64,000 bases of DNA, from positions 39,804,001-39,868,000 of the forward strand of contig NC_043009.1 of the NCBI RefSeq assembly GCF_006345805.1. The letters are read 5' to 3'. The stretch's first letter is position 1, and each line of letters starts with the position of its first letter. Below the pieces are notes generated by a model that ran no database searches, was not told the origin of the DNA, and was given only the letters and a program-made list of their open reading frames with translations. The position numbers were made by a program, and so were the translations under genes. This stretch comes from Octopus sinensis (lineage: Eukaryota). Positions 1 to 13,940 of this stretch are shown here, piece after piece.

Positions 1-1267
1 GCGTAAGGAAAGTTAGAAAGAGAATCCTTGATGAAAAGGTCTTGCAGGTAAAATTGAAGTAGAAATTGGAAAACCTGTAGCAAGTTTTTGAGCTTATTGA
101 GCTTCGAGTTTAACACTGGTTCCTTTGCGTTTTCAACGTCACTTCTACCTTATTCATTTATTCAAGAAAGATCGCAGATCGCGGGATTAAACACTTTTCT
201 GAAGTGTTAAACTATGAGTTTGTTGAGGTTGATGTCGGAATTAACACCATTGAACAAAGTCTTCTCGTCACCTTCTTGTACACGTCACCATTATGCATAC
301 ATATAAACATTCATACATACACGCATACATGCATACATACGTACACACACACATACATACATACATACATACATACATACATACATACATACATACATAC
401 ATACATACATAACATAATAGAGTTAAAGAGACCTTCTGAATCTTACACCGAAATACAACGAAATTATAGGTTCAGAAATTATAGGTTTCTGCAAATATTG
501 AAAGATTTTCTGAAAGTATTCTACAATCAATAGCAAAAATATTACTAGGAAGCGTACAATTTCTATTCAGAGTTGGTTTCCTAAAGATTAGAGTCTTTCC
601 ATCTCTGTCTCTCTTTCTTGCTAAATCATACAATGCCATTATTTTAGAGTAGAACTTCATTGTTAAGGGAGATAAAATATAAGAGAATAAAAAAATACCC
701 ATAAAAACTAGTATTACGAAACTGCCATATTTTCCTGAAACTGCCATCACTTTCAAAATTAGTTTAGGTTTAAAATTCAAAACGAATCTGGTAGCAGAAA
801 CTTAATTTCTTCTCTCCATTATATTTCTCTATTTTGATTATATTCCGATATTTATATTACATACATCTATTTTACTTTATTTCTGTATTATGCCATACAT
901 TTCTATATAATCCCTTGTTTTTCGATTCTTTTTTTCTTTTGTCATATATCATATGAATAGCTTAAAATATTATCCATTAAACTCTCTAACCAGAATAATT
1001 GTACCTGAAGGGTAATCCAGCTTCAGAATATTTTTCTGGTGCTGCATTGACCACAAATTTGAAATTTATTTTCGACATTCGTCTAAAGTATGGCAGACAC
1101 ATCATGCCAGTTTTCATTACAATTCTTCACACTTACATTGCAGGATTTGGAAGATGACGCAAAGTGTTTAGGGTGCTTTTTGTTTTAGCCTGATGGGGGT
1201 CTTTCTAATTGCAATCTTCTCTTGGCGTTGCCGGTTGCAGATCATACCTTATTTCACACTGTATAGA

Positions 1268-1750
1268 CAATGCATGGACGTTGACGAAAACTCTTTCAGA
1301 AAAATTAAAACTTTTTGAAATAAAAGTGGTGTTCTAGGATGATCACAACACCATGACCACAACCACGTGGTTCAAACGTATAAAAGAATGAAAGAATATA
1401 GACGAATGTTAAAAATATCTTGGATATAACATAAAACTAATAAAGAAGTGCTACAACTAGCAAATACAAAAAGATCATTACTCTCAACTGTTAAAAAAAA
1501 AAGGGAAGTTAAAGTACTTTGGTCATTAGTAAAAGCACAACATATAAAAAAGATTATTATTAGGAAGCAAGATAAATAGCAAACTATTGAGAAGAAGAAC
1601 CAGAACAAAATCTTTTTGTATAACCAAGGACGGAATAAATTTACAAATGGTGAATGTGTAAGAATGGCAGAGAAAAAAAGTTGAATAAATATCCTTAATA
1701 TTCAACATGCTGAAAACAGATGACATCTATAGATGATGATGATGATGATG
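1268..1750 (+). mobile_element. RTE-clade LINE 3' fragment, decayed, with (GAT)n tail
   Basis: Broken frames read WTLTKTLSEKLKLFE...YRRMLKISWI*HKTNKEVLQLANTKRSLLSTVKK...KYFGH...ECVRMAE, the typical RTE post-RT C-terminus. It ends in gatgatgatgat. A ~75 bp CR1/SINE-tail-like insert lies at ~1322-1397. Confidence 0.8.
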
Positions 1751-2021
1751 ACAACAACAACGACGGCGAAGAGGAGGAGGAGGAGGAGGAGGAGGAGGAG
1801 GAGGAGGAGAATTAGGAGACAGTATGGCTCGGCATTGACGTATTGTCAGGTGAATACAGGTTTGCTATAAATGGATGGCAAAAATTCACAAGTTAAGTTT
1901 AAACTCCTAATATGAAACAACCAATTACCCTGCAATACGATGGCATAGTGAATATGAGCTCTAATTAAGTATTAGATGTGCCAGTTCTCTGGTGATAGGG
2001 AGCAAGTTCAATCAGGTACCC

Positions 2022-2814
2022 TGAAGTACGAACGAGAGTAACCAGCATCCACATGTTGACAGAATGACATCATCAGTCTTTAACACGCGAAAAGAAAAAG
2101 ACAGACAAAAGAGGAAAAAAAAGGACAGGGAAAAGAAGAATATTTACTCAAACAGTTTTGTATAAATTTGATGATATTCTCCTGTCATTTTATTAATTCC
2201 TCCAGGACGTGATGTTAATAACCCACAAATATATTTTTCCTCATGCATTTTAAGAAGTAAAAGTGAAGCAAATTCTGAATATTTTCTGAGAATATGAACT
2301 TTCAAGTCTTTTTCAAAATTGCAGCCGTTTGAAACGAAATGTTCGGCAAGTTCTGTCGAACTACTGTTATTGTGCCCGATATCGAATCTCTGCCGAATAA
2401 ATCTTCTGTTTAATTGTTCTGTTGTACAACCAACACAAATAAAGCTATGTTTCGAGCATTCTGCCGCGTATACCAAATGGGAATCTTTACATGTTCCACC
2501 TTCTGTATAAATCATGACATTTTTGTTATGATTCCTGATGAAATTCAGTTGACTCATGTTGTTGCACAATGAACTGGAAAAATATGCTTGTGGGTTATTA
2601 ACATCACGTCCTGGAGGAATTAATAAAATGACAGGAGAATATCATCAAATTTATACAAAACTGTTTGAGTAAATATTTTTCTTTTTCTTTTCTGTTTTTT
2701 TTCTTTCCTCTGTTTTCTGTCTTTTTCTTTTCGCGTGTTATAACATTGAAACTTAAAGACTGATGATGTCATTCCATCAACGTGTGGATGCTGTTTTCTC
2801 TCGTTCATACTTCA
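2022..2814 (-). mobile_element. 5'-truncated Penelope-like element with inverted pseudo-LTR
   Basis: GIY-YIG ORF on the minus strand. Segment 2022-2228 (ORF end plus 3' UTR) is repeated inverted at 2588-2814. Confidence 0.85.
2144..2569 (-). pseudogene. PLE GIY-YIG endonuclease C-terminal domain
   Basis: TCKDSHLVYAAECSKHSFICVGCTTEQLNRRF matches the PLE pattern TCxSxNVVYxIxC...YVGxT...LxxR. LAEHF, E..YI..LLTSRPGGIN match the PLE C-terminal motifs. Confidence 0.85.
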
Positions 2815-2940
2815 AATTTCTACAAATTTGAATTTTTATCACGTCTTCATTTGAACTCGATAAACAAAGACTTACTCTCGAAATATCGTTCAACAAATAA
2901 AATATCTATTACAACCGAATCGCGCTCTTCGTCTTGACTA

Positions 2941-2997
2941 ACAACAACAACAACAACAACAACAATAATAATAATAATGATAATAATAATAATAATA

Positions 2998-3054
<57 letters not shown>
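2941..3054. repeat. (CAA)n/(TAA)n microsatellite
   Basis: Directly visible. Confidence 0.95.
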
Positions 3055-3055
<1 letters not shown>

Positions 3056-3955
3056 GACACCAAACGAATATTAAAAAAAACAGAAAAAAAGAGTAGAAAT
3101 TATCTGACTGGCAGGAGAAGACGTTGCATCTTAGAATTCCAAAGATAATTTCAGCAAATAGTAGTAGTAAGACATGGTTGTGGCTGCAGAAAGGAAAGCT
3201 GATGGGGGAGATAGAAAGTTTGTTTTTAGCTGCACAAGATCAAGCATTAAGAACTATTTCGATAAAAGTCAAAATAAACAAAAATCAAGTAGTTTTCAAT
3301 GTAGATAATGCAAAATCCAAAGAGGAAAACATTACTCATACGGTAAGTGAATGTAGCATGTTGGCACAGAAAGAATACAAGAAAAGCCATGACAATCTAG
3401 GAAGAGCAATCCACTGGGAGCTTTGTAGAAAGCTGGGATTTGAACATACTGATAAATGGTATGAACATGAACTTAGTAAAGTAAGGAATACAAGATACTG
3501 AGGGGATTTAAAGTTCAGTCAGACAGCTAGAAGGACTGATTAGTAGTAGATAAAGAGATTAGAAAGAGCCAGATAATTGACTTTAGAGTCTCAAATGATG
3601 AAAAAATTAATGAGGTTAATGTGAGAAAAAAATTAATAGGAGCTAGCTGTTGAATTACAGAGACTACGGAAAGTGCGGGTAAAATGTATTCCAGTAGTTA
3701 CAGGCGCATTTGGAGCTATCCCTAAAGATCTGAATAGATGGACACAGGAAATAGGCATAAAACCCAGTTTAGTACAGCTGTAGAAAACAGTGTTATTAGG
3801 GACAGCTAGGATACTTAGGAGGGTTCTTGACATCTAATTTTACTTACTGTAACCCAATAGGAGGTTTCTTGACATATAAGGCTACTTGTAGTCCGGTGTT
3901 AAGATCCTTTTCTTGTCCAACAGTCTAATCTGTTGAGTGTATAATAACAACAACA
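3055..3955 (+). mobile_element. RLE-type non-LTR retrotransposon 3' fragment (R4/Dong-like)
   Basis: WQEKTLH...TWLWLQKGKL..EIESLFLAAQDQALRT...EENITHTVSECSMLAQKEYKKSHDNLGRAIHWELCRK, then decayed D-LVVDK..IIDF and IPVVTGAFGAIP. This is the zinc-knuckle plus restriction-like endonuclease region. It abuts a (TAA)n tract. Confidence 0.8.
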
Positions 3956-4538
3956 ATTCTGCCACTCAGATTTTCGATCAAATCTTATAATCTATAGTAT
4001 ATATTATCCTACATGAATGATAGAGAGCCTGCGAGAATGAGGGCGATAATAAATGTCTTTCTTAAATTATGTACATAATAGAATCCACATAAAACGGTCT
4101 TGTAATTCTGTAAATATAAGAAATCCTACTAGGAATCAAATTACAAAGCAATATAAGGAATCACGCCAGGGTCCAAATTGCAAGGAAATATGAGGAATCG
4201 CACGGGAGACAAATTGAAAGAAAAGTATAAGGAATCTCACACCAGGAAACAAATTAAAATGTGTATGTGCGTATGTGTATATGTGTATGTGTCCGTTTAG
4301 TATTGACTATTGGATTAAAGAGTACTCAAACCACGGTGAAGATTAATAATATATTTTTGTTGAGTCAGTTTCTAGTTGCTCTGAGTTTCGTATGTGCCTA
4401 CAGAAGAAACTCACAACGCAAAAACATGGACTAATCCAATTTGTGCGTGTGTGTGTGCGCGCGCGTAACTACCTTATCTTATATCTGTATCTATCTATGT
4501 ATCTGTCTGTCTATCAATTTATCTATGTATGTATCTAG

Positions 4539-4601
<63 letters not shown>

Positions 4602-4692
4602 ATATATTAAATATATATATATATGTACTCATATCAATATATATATTTAGATACACACACACACACACACATACACACACACACACACACAT

Positions 4693-4733
<41 letters not shown>

Positions 4734-4751
4734 ATATATATATATACATAT

Positions 4752-4785
<34 letters not shown>

Positions 4786-5745
4786 CATATAAATATATTT
4801 ATATATATACATACATATATACATATTAGGAATCGCACCACGGGAAGAATCACACGTATAAGAAACTGTGGTGGGCAATAGAATTGCAAGGAGAAGATAT
4901 GGATCGGAGAAATAAATACACTACTTTATACATAATAAAAAAAAAACTTATGGTATCTAATAAATTCTCCTGTAATTCATGATGATATACAGAATGACAT
5001 ATATTCTACTCTGAAGAATAAATGTTTCATTGAGACCAATTACTGAATTTTAGTGAATTGATGACGACAAAAAAAAAATATGAACTATCATAATAGGATT
5101 CAATGAAATATTATAGAAGAATAAATGTAGAGAAAACCTGATAATAGTGAGCAAAACTATGAGATTGGAAGTTGTTTAAAGATAGTGCAGGAAGCTAAAA
5201 GCTATATATCGAAGAATAATGATCCTTTCTCTTATAGGTAAAAGCATGAAATTTTGGTAAAAGCATGAAATTACATCGACACCAGTTCTCAATTGTAACT
5301 TATTTCATCGACCTCAACAGAATGAAGAGCATACTAGACCTCGTCGAAATTTGAACTATGGACGTAAAATGCAGATGAATTGCTGCAAAGTGTATTGTGT
5401 TTATTTTTAATAGAAAGACGTCATATAACGTTTATGATGGAGTGTGGCAGGTATGCACTCTTAGCCGAGGTCTTACACACCTGAAACAGGTGTAGTAAAC
5501 CTCAGACCATTTATGTTATTATTTATTTTACACCATACCTTCCTTACATTGTATCTGGAAGTTAAGTGGATCCTGAAATTGCACACCAGAGTACGTCGGT
5601 TTGTGATTTTGCATGTACATGTATATTTATATAGATGAAAATATCAATCTGTTCATATCCATGTGCACGTAAGAAGTAAGACAAATTCGTATATACATCA
5701 ATATATGCGTAAGTGTTCATATAGACTGTTGATACACTGATGTGC

Positions 5746-5805
5746 TGTTCTCGGCCATAAATTAGAGTCCTTATTAAAGTACCTCGATACAATCAAATCC
5801 TGAAC

Positions 5806-5852
<47 letters not shown>

Positions 5853-5921
5853 ATATATTATGTTCAGGATTTGATTGAATCGAGGTACTTTAATAAGGAC
5901 TCTAATTTATGGCCGAGAACA
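5746..5921. repeat. 65-bp inverted repeat flanking a (TA)n core
   Basis: Arms 5746-5810 and 5857-5921, one mismatch. Confidence 0.9.
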
Positions 5922-5922
5922 A

Positions 5923-6012
<90 letters not shown>

Positions 6013-6302
6013 TTTTGTCTGTGTGTGTAGGTATTTTCTTCGCAACCACATTTTTCGGGTGCAGCGTGACTGCGTGACTGCGTGGCATTTTCGGCAAGTG
6101 CTTTCTCCTCCACTTTCGCTTCGAACTATGCCTTATGAGCGAATATTCTGGACGGGAACCTGTGTGAATGATTCTACGTATGTATTTGCATGAATGAGCT
6201 TACACACACACACACATACACATATATGCATAAGTGCAATTCATTTAGGAAAAAAACAACATTTTGGGAATATACAGGGAAGGCATTTATAGTGAAAATG
6301 TC

Positions 6303-6420
<118 letters not shown>

Positions 6421-6557
6421 AGAGAGAGAGAGAGATGATATATATATATATATACACATATATATGTGTGTATATATTTACACATTGTATACACACACAT
6501 ATTTATACGTATGCATGTGCATACACGCTTATGTATATGTATACATTTATATATATA

Positions 6558-6596
<39 letters not shown>

Positions 6597-7238
6597 AGGT
6601 GAAATAAATATGGTCAGAAAATGGAGAGTTGATAATGTATAGCTAATTTTTTAGTATCATAGTTTGTTGTTAAGTTTAAAAAACAAATAAACTTTAAAAA
6701 AACACAATTGAAAACTCCAAAACCTACACGCTTCGATTCTGGGCCCTTAATACTGCATAATTCAAAGCATTTGGTTCAAATCGAATGTTAAGAATTTGTT
6801 GTCCTTTTAAGCTGTATGAGGCAAGATCTCTTCAGTGAGTGTTTTTGTTTGTTTGTTTTAATAAAACGAAGGTTACATATTTCTTGAAGGGATTTAAATC
6901 AAAAACTAAAGAAGTTTAAAATGGTATTTCTTATATATTGTTTCTATCTATTTTCAAACGTTAAAAATTCATCTAAGTAGAAATAAAGATAGAATAAAAT
7001 AAATATGTATTTAAAAAAATATATATATAATTTGAATAATGAAATAAAAATGTTATCATGTTATATCTGTATGAGAAAAGAATTATGTAATTAGATAAAT
7101 AAATTAAAATATAAGCAATAAATAATAAATAAACCATCGTAATTGTATAATTTCCATTGGCTTGCGAGTAGATATTAGTAGATATTCATGTATGCATGTT
7201 CATCGAATCATATCTAATCAAATTTAATCGTTTATATA

Positions 7239-7975
7239 CAGGGTGGGTGAGAAGTAAGTAGGCATTAAAAATTGGTAATAAAATCCATATTCATTTTACA
7301 AATTTATTGAAACAAGTGATGCGTATCTTTATTACATGGGAAAATGAAACTAAATTTTGATATTTCAGCGTAAGCAGCGGTGGTGTCAAGCAGTTTCTTC
7401 AAATAGGCAAGGATGGAATGATTTCCTTCTTAAGGAAATCTCTGGGATATCATTGAGAACCTCCTGAATCCGTGTCTCCGAGTCCTCCAGGTGCGAGGTT
7501 CTGTCTTGTATGTACACCTCTTTTGTGTAACCCCTCTGGTAAAAATCACATGGAGTGAGAACTGAACTTCCTGGAGTTCTGTACTTTTGGACTTCTGCGG
7601 TGATAGTCTTCAAGTTTTGGCTCCTGCACGTAATGGGGTTTCCACGGACGAAAATTCATTTCTTTATGCAACACCGTCCATATTGTGTGTCTCGTTAGTT
7701 CACTCTCACGAGCTATTTGACGTGTTGATTTTTGAGGACTGCGAATGAACATTTGCTGCACTGTTGCCACGTTCTCCGCTGGTCGGGATGTAACTGGACA
7801 GCCACTTCTCCTTGCATCTTTCACAGAGCCCGTGGTCATCAGCCTTGCATAACAACTTTTTTTTATTGTCTCCGCGACGTAGTGCTGCATGCTTACCTTT
7901 CCATCCACGCCACCATCTCTGAACCAAGACAACGAGCTAAGATAGCATGCTGCTATCTTAAAACCTAATGAATTT
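7239..7975 (-). mobile_element. Internally deleted Tc1/mariner-superfamily transposon
   Basis: TGSVKDARRSGCP...FIRSPQKSTRQIARES..HTIWTVLHKEMNFRPWK (HTH region) joined to decayed S.LTPCDF..GY.K (SPDLTPCDFFLWGY-like). Left end is TA|CAGGGTGG. Right TIR not clearly seen. Confidence 0.8.
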
Positions 7976-8244
7976 ATATAACTGTTAAATGGTTATACCA
8001 TTTACTTATAATAATTTATTTATGATAAATTTATCCCTTTGTAATACAACTGGATACAATTACGTAAAGTATAATAAATCAATCTTACATACATATTAAA
8101 TGTTTAAAAAACATATTATGCTTAAATTAGAATTTACGTACATTAATGTTAAAAGTTTTATAAATTAAATATATGAATGATTATTTATATATAATTATGT
8201 GTATGTGTATATATATATGTATATATGTATACGTACATACATAC

Positions 8245-8280
<36 letters not shown>

Positions 8281-8484
8281 TTCGGTTTTGGAATTGGTTT
8301 GCAAGATTCTTTATGTGAGTTCGAGTGTTGAAGCATATTTTGTTGTGTTTGGCGAGAGTCATTCTCTTTTATTGCTTTATTATTTAACACACTCACCGGT
8401 AAAGTTTCCACTCATATATTTATTTATTTTTCCAAAAATTTTCTTTGAGTCTTGCAACCATTTCAATAGTCATTGCCCAAGTAG

Positions 8485-8595
8485 ACTTCGCCTTTCACCA
8501 TTTCGGGGTCGATAAATTAAGTACCAGTTGCGCACTGGGGTTGACTGGTCCCCTCCCCAAAATTTCGAGCCTTGTGCTTAGAATAGAAAGGAATA
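8485..8595 (+). mobile_element. SINE family A, 3' fragment
   Basis: ttcggggtcgataaattaagtaccagttgcgcactgggg is shared with many copies in the window. Confidence 0.8.
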
Positions 8596-8905
8596 TTAAT
8601 CTAAGTTATTTTAGAATGTGATTTATGGTAAGGCGCATATTTACGTGTACTTAGCTTAAAATTCACATCCAAAAAGTTAACAGAATTATGCTCCCTTTCT
8701 ATTGAAATATTTACTCCTAATTTATTGAAGAAGTGATACAATTATTTCTTATATATTTCTAGTTCTCTATTAGATAGATTTCTTATGATAAACAGTGTGT
8801 CATCCCTATATAATCCATCCTCTATTTCCGGGAATTCACTATTAAACTTATATAAAATGTATATTCCGACCAAATATGTCATCTGAGCGGAATCAGTTGT
8901 GCCCA

Positions 8906-8951
<46 letters not shown>

Positions 8952-9069
8952 TTGGCTAAACTGGCAAAATGACTATTCCTAAATACAACATATATATATA
9001 TATATAATAGAAATATTAAAATTACTAAGTCTCTCTAAAGGAGATTACGGCAGTGTTACTGGAAATTAA

Positions 9070-9351
9070 TAGTTATCGCCATACTTATATGGCAGTCTTA
9101 TAAATATAAGACTAAAGCTGTCGCTGATTAGCTCCAAGAGGCACCGCCTCAAGCTAGCTATTTGACACACAACCAGAAACTTGTCTGCAGCTGTCTGACT
9201 GGCAGGATGAAGCGGCTGACCTCCCCTGTTCGAAGGTTTATAATGGACGCAGGTTGTGTGTCAAATAGCTAGCTTGGGGTGGTGGCCTCTTGGAGCTAAT
9301 CAGCGACAGCTTTAGTCTTATATTTATAAGACTGCCATATAAGTATGGCGA

Positions 9352-9357
<6 letters not shown>
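9070..9357. repeat. Fold-back element, ~105-bp arms, 77-bp spacer
   Basis: 9070-9174 is the reverse complement of 9252-9357 with few changes. Confidence 0.9.
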
Positions 9358-9398
<41 letters not shown>

Positions 9399-9474
9399 AT
9401 GTATATATATATGTATATAGTATATAAATATATGTATGCATGTATATATATGTATGTATGTATATATATATATA

Positions 9475-9532
<58 letters not shown>

Positions 9533-9642
9533 AGGGAAGAAATGGAGCCGAACGAAGATTCTACAAAATTCCTTTTTATTATTTTCTACACATGTTAAAT
9601 TTTGAATAATCCGTAACAAGATAATTCATTTATCCATTTCAT

Positions 9643-9677
<35 letters not shown>

Positions 9678-9710
9678 ATGTATGTATATATATGTATGTA
9701 TTTATATATG

Positions 9711-9745
<35 letters not shown>

Positions 9746-12700
9746 ATATATATGCATCTATCTATCTATATATATATATATATATATGTATATACATATG
9801 TGTGTGTGGATATATGTATAGATATACACACACCAATGTATATGCTTGGATGTGTTCGTATCTTCGTAATATAACGATTCATCGAAAGGTATCGATGGAG
9901 TACCAACATGAGGAAAAATAAGCACAGTAGTCGATTTGATCGATTTAAGTTATCAAAGAGGTGCCCCAGAATGGCCACAGTTTAATTACTGTAATAGGCA
10001 AAGCAATAAAAGAATATAAAATGGAATACTTACATATATATATATTTATGTGCGTTCACATGCATTCATATGTGACATGTATGCCTGTAGATAGACATGC
10101 ATACACGCATGCACAAGTTAATATTTATAACTTCCTGGTAATTATCGAAAGAATCTCAAAGGAATTTGTAATTTGATCAGCTGAATTAGATTGGTATAAT
10201 GGAAATAATTTAGAATGTTATTTAATAACATCGGTTCATTGAGGTTGCTTAGCATTGCAACATCAATTAATGACTCAGCCTCCTTTATTTCTGTTTCAAA
10301 TGAAAACCTAATGGCGCACAAAGCACAACAACTTTTAAAAAACACAGTTAGGCTTTACAAATACTCGTGTTCTTTTCAAAGAGACATAAGAGAAATGCTG
10401 TTGCTGCTTTTCTTACTCAGGCCGTATTATATCATATAATAGGTTCGTGTTGATGAACATGCCCGAATGGTTAAGAAGCTAACTTAGTAAGCCACAGAGG
10501 CTGGGGTTTGATGCTACTACAAGGCATTTTGTGAAAACATTTTCTCTAGCCTCGAGTAAGCCTATAAATTGTGAGTGAAACTGGGTAGACGGAAACTATC
10601 TTGAATCCCGTAAAGTGGATTGTACTTGTAATTCATAAGGTACTGTCTTGTCACACACTTTGTCACGTTGATTCTGTCTGCGAATTACGTTAACCCCACA
10701 CGTGTCAGTAGAATATTCAACTACTTCTGTAGTCGACCGACGGAGACCCAATACAAGCACCACGACTGCTAAATTCTTAGAAATATATCGAATATGTAAT
10801 TTAAAAATATGTCTAAGGGGGAAATAAACCGAGGGAGCGTTCTGTAAACTAAATACAAGCAGGGTTTCATAAATGGAAAACTGCGAAGGGAAAAAATTTC
10901 AATTAACTGTTATCCGTGTTCCGAATCCGTGTATACTCGGTTCAAATCCCGTCGAATTCAACTTGCCTTTCTTCCTTTCAGGGGTCGATTAAAAATAGTA
11001 GTAATCCATGGTGGTGGATTGAATAGAATATAAGAAAGCTGAATCGGTTGTTTTGCGATCCCACATATAATCCGTCACCCAGCTTAATTCCATTACCTGA
11101 CAACTACATTGACTTTAAGCTGAGTTCCCTACGCAGCAAATGTTTGGAACAGGTTTCCTGTCTGATGTTACCTTCCCTCCCATTCGTGTCTAAGGCTCTG
11201 CAGTAGGTCATCGGCATTGCCCTCCTTCCTGACTAAAAGATAGAAAAACAAAGAGCTTACTAAAAATGTCTGGTGTTATTTCGTTGCTTAATACATTCGA
11301 AAACAAATCATCTTTACATTAGATTTGACCTCTATTCAGACAGTGAGCGAAATAAATTTACAAAATGCAGGCTGGTAAATGAGAATGTCTATTATACATT
11401 ATTAATATTTGATGAAATCTAATTATTTATGTTAGTTTCCAAATAAATTATGATTTTATTGAATAATTAGAGACAAAGGGAATAGTGACGAGACAGGGAA
11501 ACATTTTGAAATCAAGGAACAGAGGTTATAACAATAAATAAATTGTATATACTCCGTATGACCTACAGTAATCTAATGTAGATTAATTTACTAGTTCCTA
11601 TTCATATCATTTGGCGTAGTTTATAGAAGTCATAGAAAAAATTGATTTTTGTTTAAAATCTGGAGTCATTTACGCTGCTTCTATTGACCTTTATTTTTTT
11701 CAAATTCATCGCCATTAATAGAGAAAAAATCAGCGACCTCTTAATTCCCATGAGTCTCCTTCCTTCACATTCCTCAACCACCACCATGTTTAGTTCATCC
11801 ACTCTAATTTTGCATCATTTCTGGTTAATGTATTAGTCAGTCTCCTTATCCCCGGTAATCGGCGATCATCTCATAGAATTCTGAAAAACTTATCGATTTC
11901 AGTGTCAATCTTTCAAGATAATTTGGTTATTTGGCAACTTAAGAGGAGTCAAAACGACCTGATAACATGCTATGACCTGCAGCGAACTAATGCCAAAAAG
12001 AAAACGATAATATCTATTCAATTATAAAACTTTGGGGTGGTTTACAAATCAAGAGTAAACAGACAAGGAAATCAATGGCAGCTGATTGTCACTGACTTAT
12101 TGTAATTGCAACAAAACCCAAGTCTGATATATCAGTTTCTTTAAAATACACCAATGTAGTATTGTATGGAAGCATACAGACATACACATACGCATACATA
12201 CATGCATACATACACACCTTGAAACAAGCATATATGCATACATTCATATATACATGATTGCATGCATATATATATATATATACATATAATGTGTGTGTGT
12301 GTATATATGAATGCTGATAAAAGCCCATGTCATGGCATCGCTTGATGGGGTTAGTTTTTGCCGCTTGTTGTCAAAACCTTAATATAACATGTCATTCCGG
12401 GTGTCAGATAAGCACGTGAAATGACATATCTTTATGAAACGTAGGAAAATAATACCGCACATTGAACAAAATTAAGATGTATACGCTAAAAAAAAACAAC
12501 AGGAAAACAACAACTGCAGAAAACAACAACAACCCAAACAAACACTAAACAAAATTAAACCGTAATAAGAATTTGATAACGTAACATCCAGTTTGAAGAA
12601 GTTTCAAAACAATTATATTTTTACGAGATATCGAACTGACCGGTGAAAATACTCGGAAAAGTTTTGAACACCTTTGATTTATACTCCTAGTTGCAGTTTA

Positions 12701-12810
12701 AATTAAAAGAGCTAAACCTGTTTAATTAGTGTTAATATCTTCATAGTTAATAGCTACAAAATATATAGTGGTTATAGGGGGACTGTTTCTTAAACCGAGT
12801 ACAAGCCCTA

Positions 12811-12861
<51 letters not shown>

Positions 12862-12981
12862 CTGTTTGTCTGTGTGTCTGTCGAGTTCTTTCTCGCTTTC
12901 TCTCTCCTCTCTCACTCTCATCTTCTAAGCTGCCAGTAATTTTTCTGAATAGTAGTCTGTTATGTATATATATATAAATAA

Positions 12982-13047
<66 letters not shown>

Positions 13048-13569
13048 GTACGCCGAACATCGAACACGCATACTCAATGTTTGTGTTTTGGTTGTTCGCC
13101 GGTCGGCTGCGATGTTACACGATTTTACACGCCAGATTGTTATAGACACGCGAAACAGCTCACCCTGAGTCTCATTCAGGAGCGATGGACATCGATTTTC
13201 GCGGGGTTCTTTTTTTTTTTTGTGGTTTATCTACATCACGTACCCGAACCGAACTGGAGGCAAATTGAATATCTTGTTTATGACTATGTAAAATAACGCA
13301 AAACCATCTGTCGGTATGCCCGAACGATGCATACGCAGGTATAATTAAAATATGAGTTAGAAGAAGTGCGAGTATTGTAATCATGACTAGCTTTCAGGTG
13401 TTTTTAACATCCGGCAGTTTGAAACAGTAATCTCCACTGCGTCACTTCGCAGCCGACCAGCGAACTAGTGAAGAACATATATTGAGTATGTGTTCGATAA
13501 CACCTCGCGCTGCTTCAAACTCATATTTGAATATGTGTGTGTGTGCGCGTGCGCTAATGTGCGTGTGTG

Positions 13570-13611
<42 letters not shown>

Positions 13612-13866
13612 GGTGGGTGGGTGAGTGTGGGTGTGTGTATAAGCAAAATAGTTGGTTATAAAATCTAAAGAGTAAAGTGAGTAGCCACATCAAAGTGGCA
13701 GTTGAATGTTACGACTAGTTTAACCCCAGGCGGATTCTCCGCCAGCTGCTTTTTGGTGCAAACTGTGCACACTCTAAATACAATACATCGGCAGCTGAGG
13801 GAGCGAACCCCTATTAACTTCCAATAGTTAACAGGATCGCGGGACTGGCCCAGTTTTGAACTATTC

Positions 13867-13940
13867 GTCGGACAGTTTTGTTTAGAATTCTAAACAAAAC
13901 TGTCCGACAACGGAAACATGAAACTCTGAGTAACAGTTTT
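13867..13940 (+). ncRNA. Degenerate type I HHR preceded by a perfect 42-bp palindrome
   Basis: Palindrome 13867-13908. Then CUGU-CCGACAA-cggaaacau-GAAA-CUC-U-GAG-UA-ACAG, the same family as 33103. The core is mutated. Confidence 0.6.

Noticed and set aside
472-780. 102-aa minus-strand ORF
   Set aside because: No recognisable motif; probably decayed TE or chance.
2745-2800. HHR in the pLTR of the GIY-YIG element
   Set aside because: CUGAUGA is present but no GAAA/UH follows in either arm.
4120-4260. Degenerate ~42-bp repeats (aggaatc...caaatt)
   Set aside because: An ordinary decayed minisatellite with no spacer or structural signal.
7815-7845. Minus-strand CUGAUGA...GAAA
   Set aside because: It lies within mariner coding sequence (LMTTGSVKD), with no stem I or III. 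Chance match.
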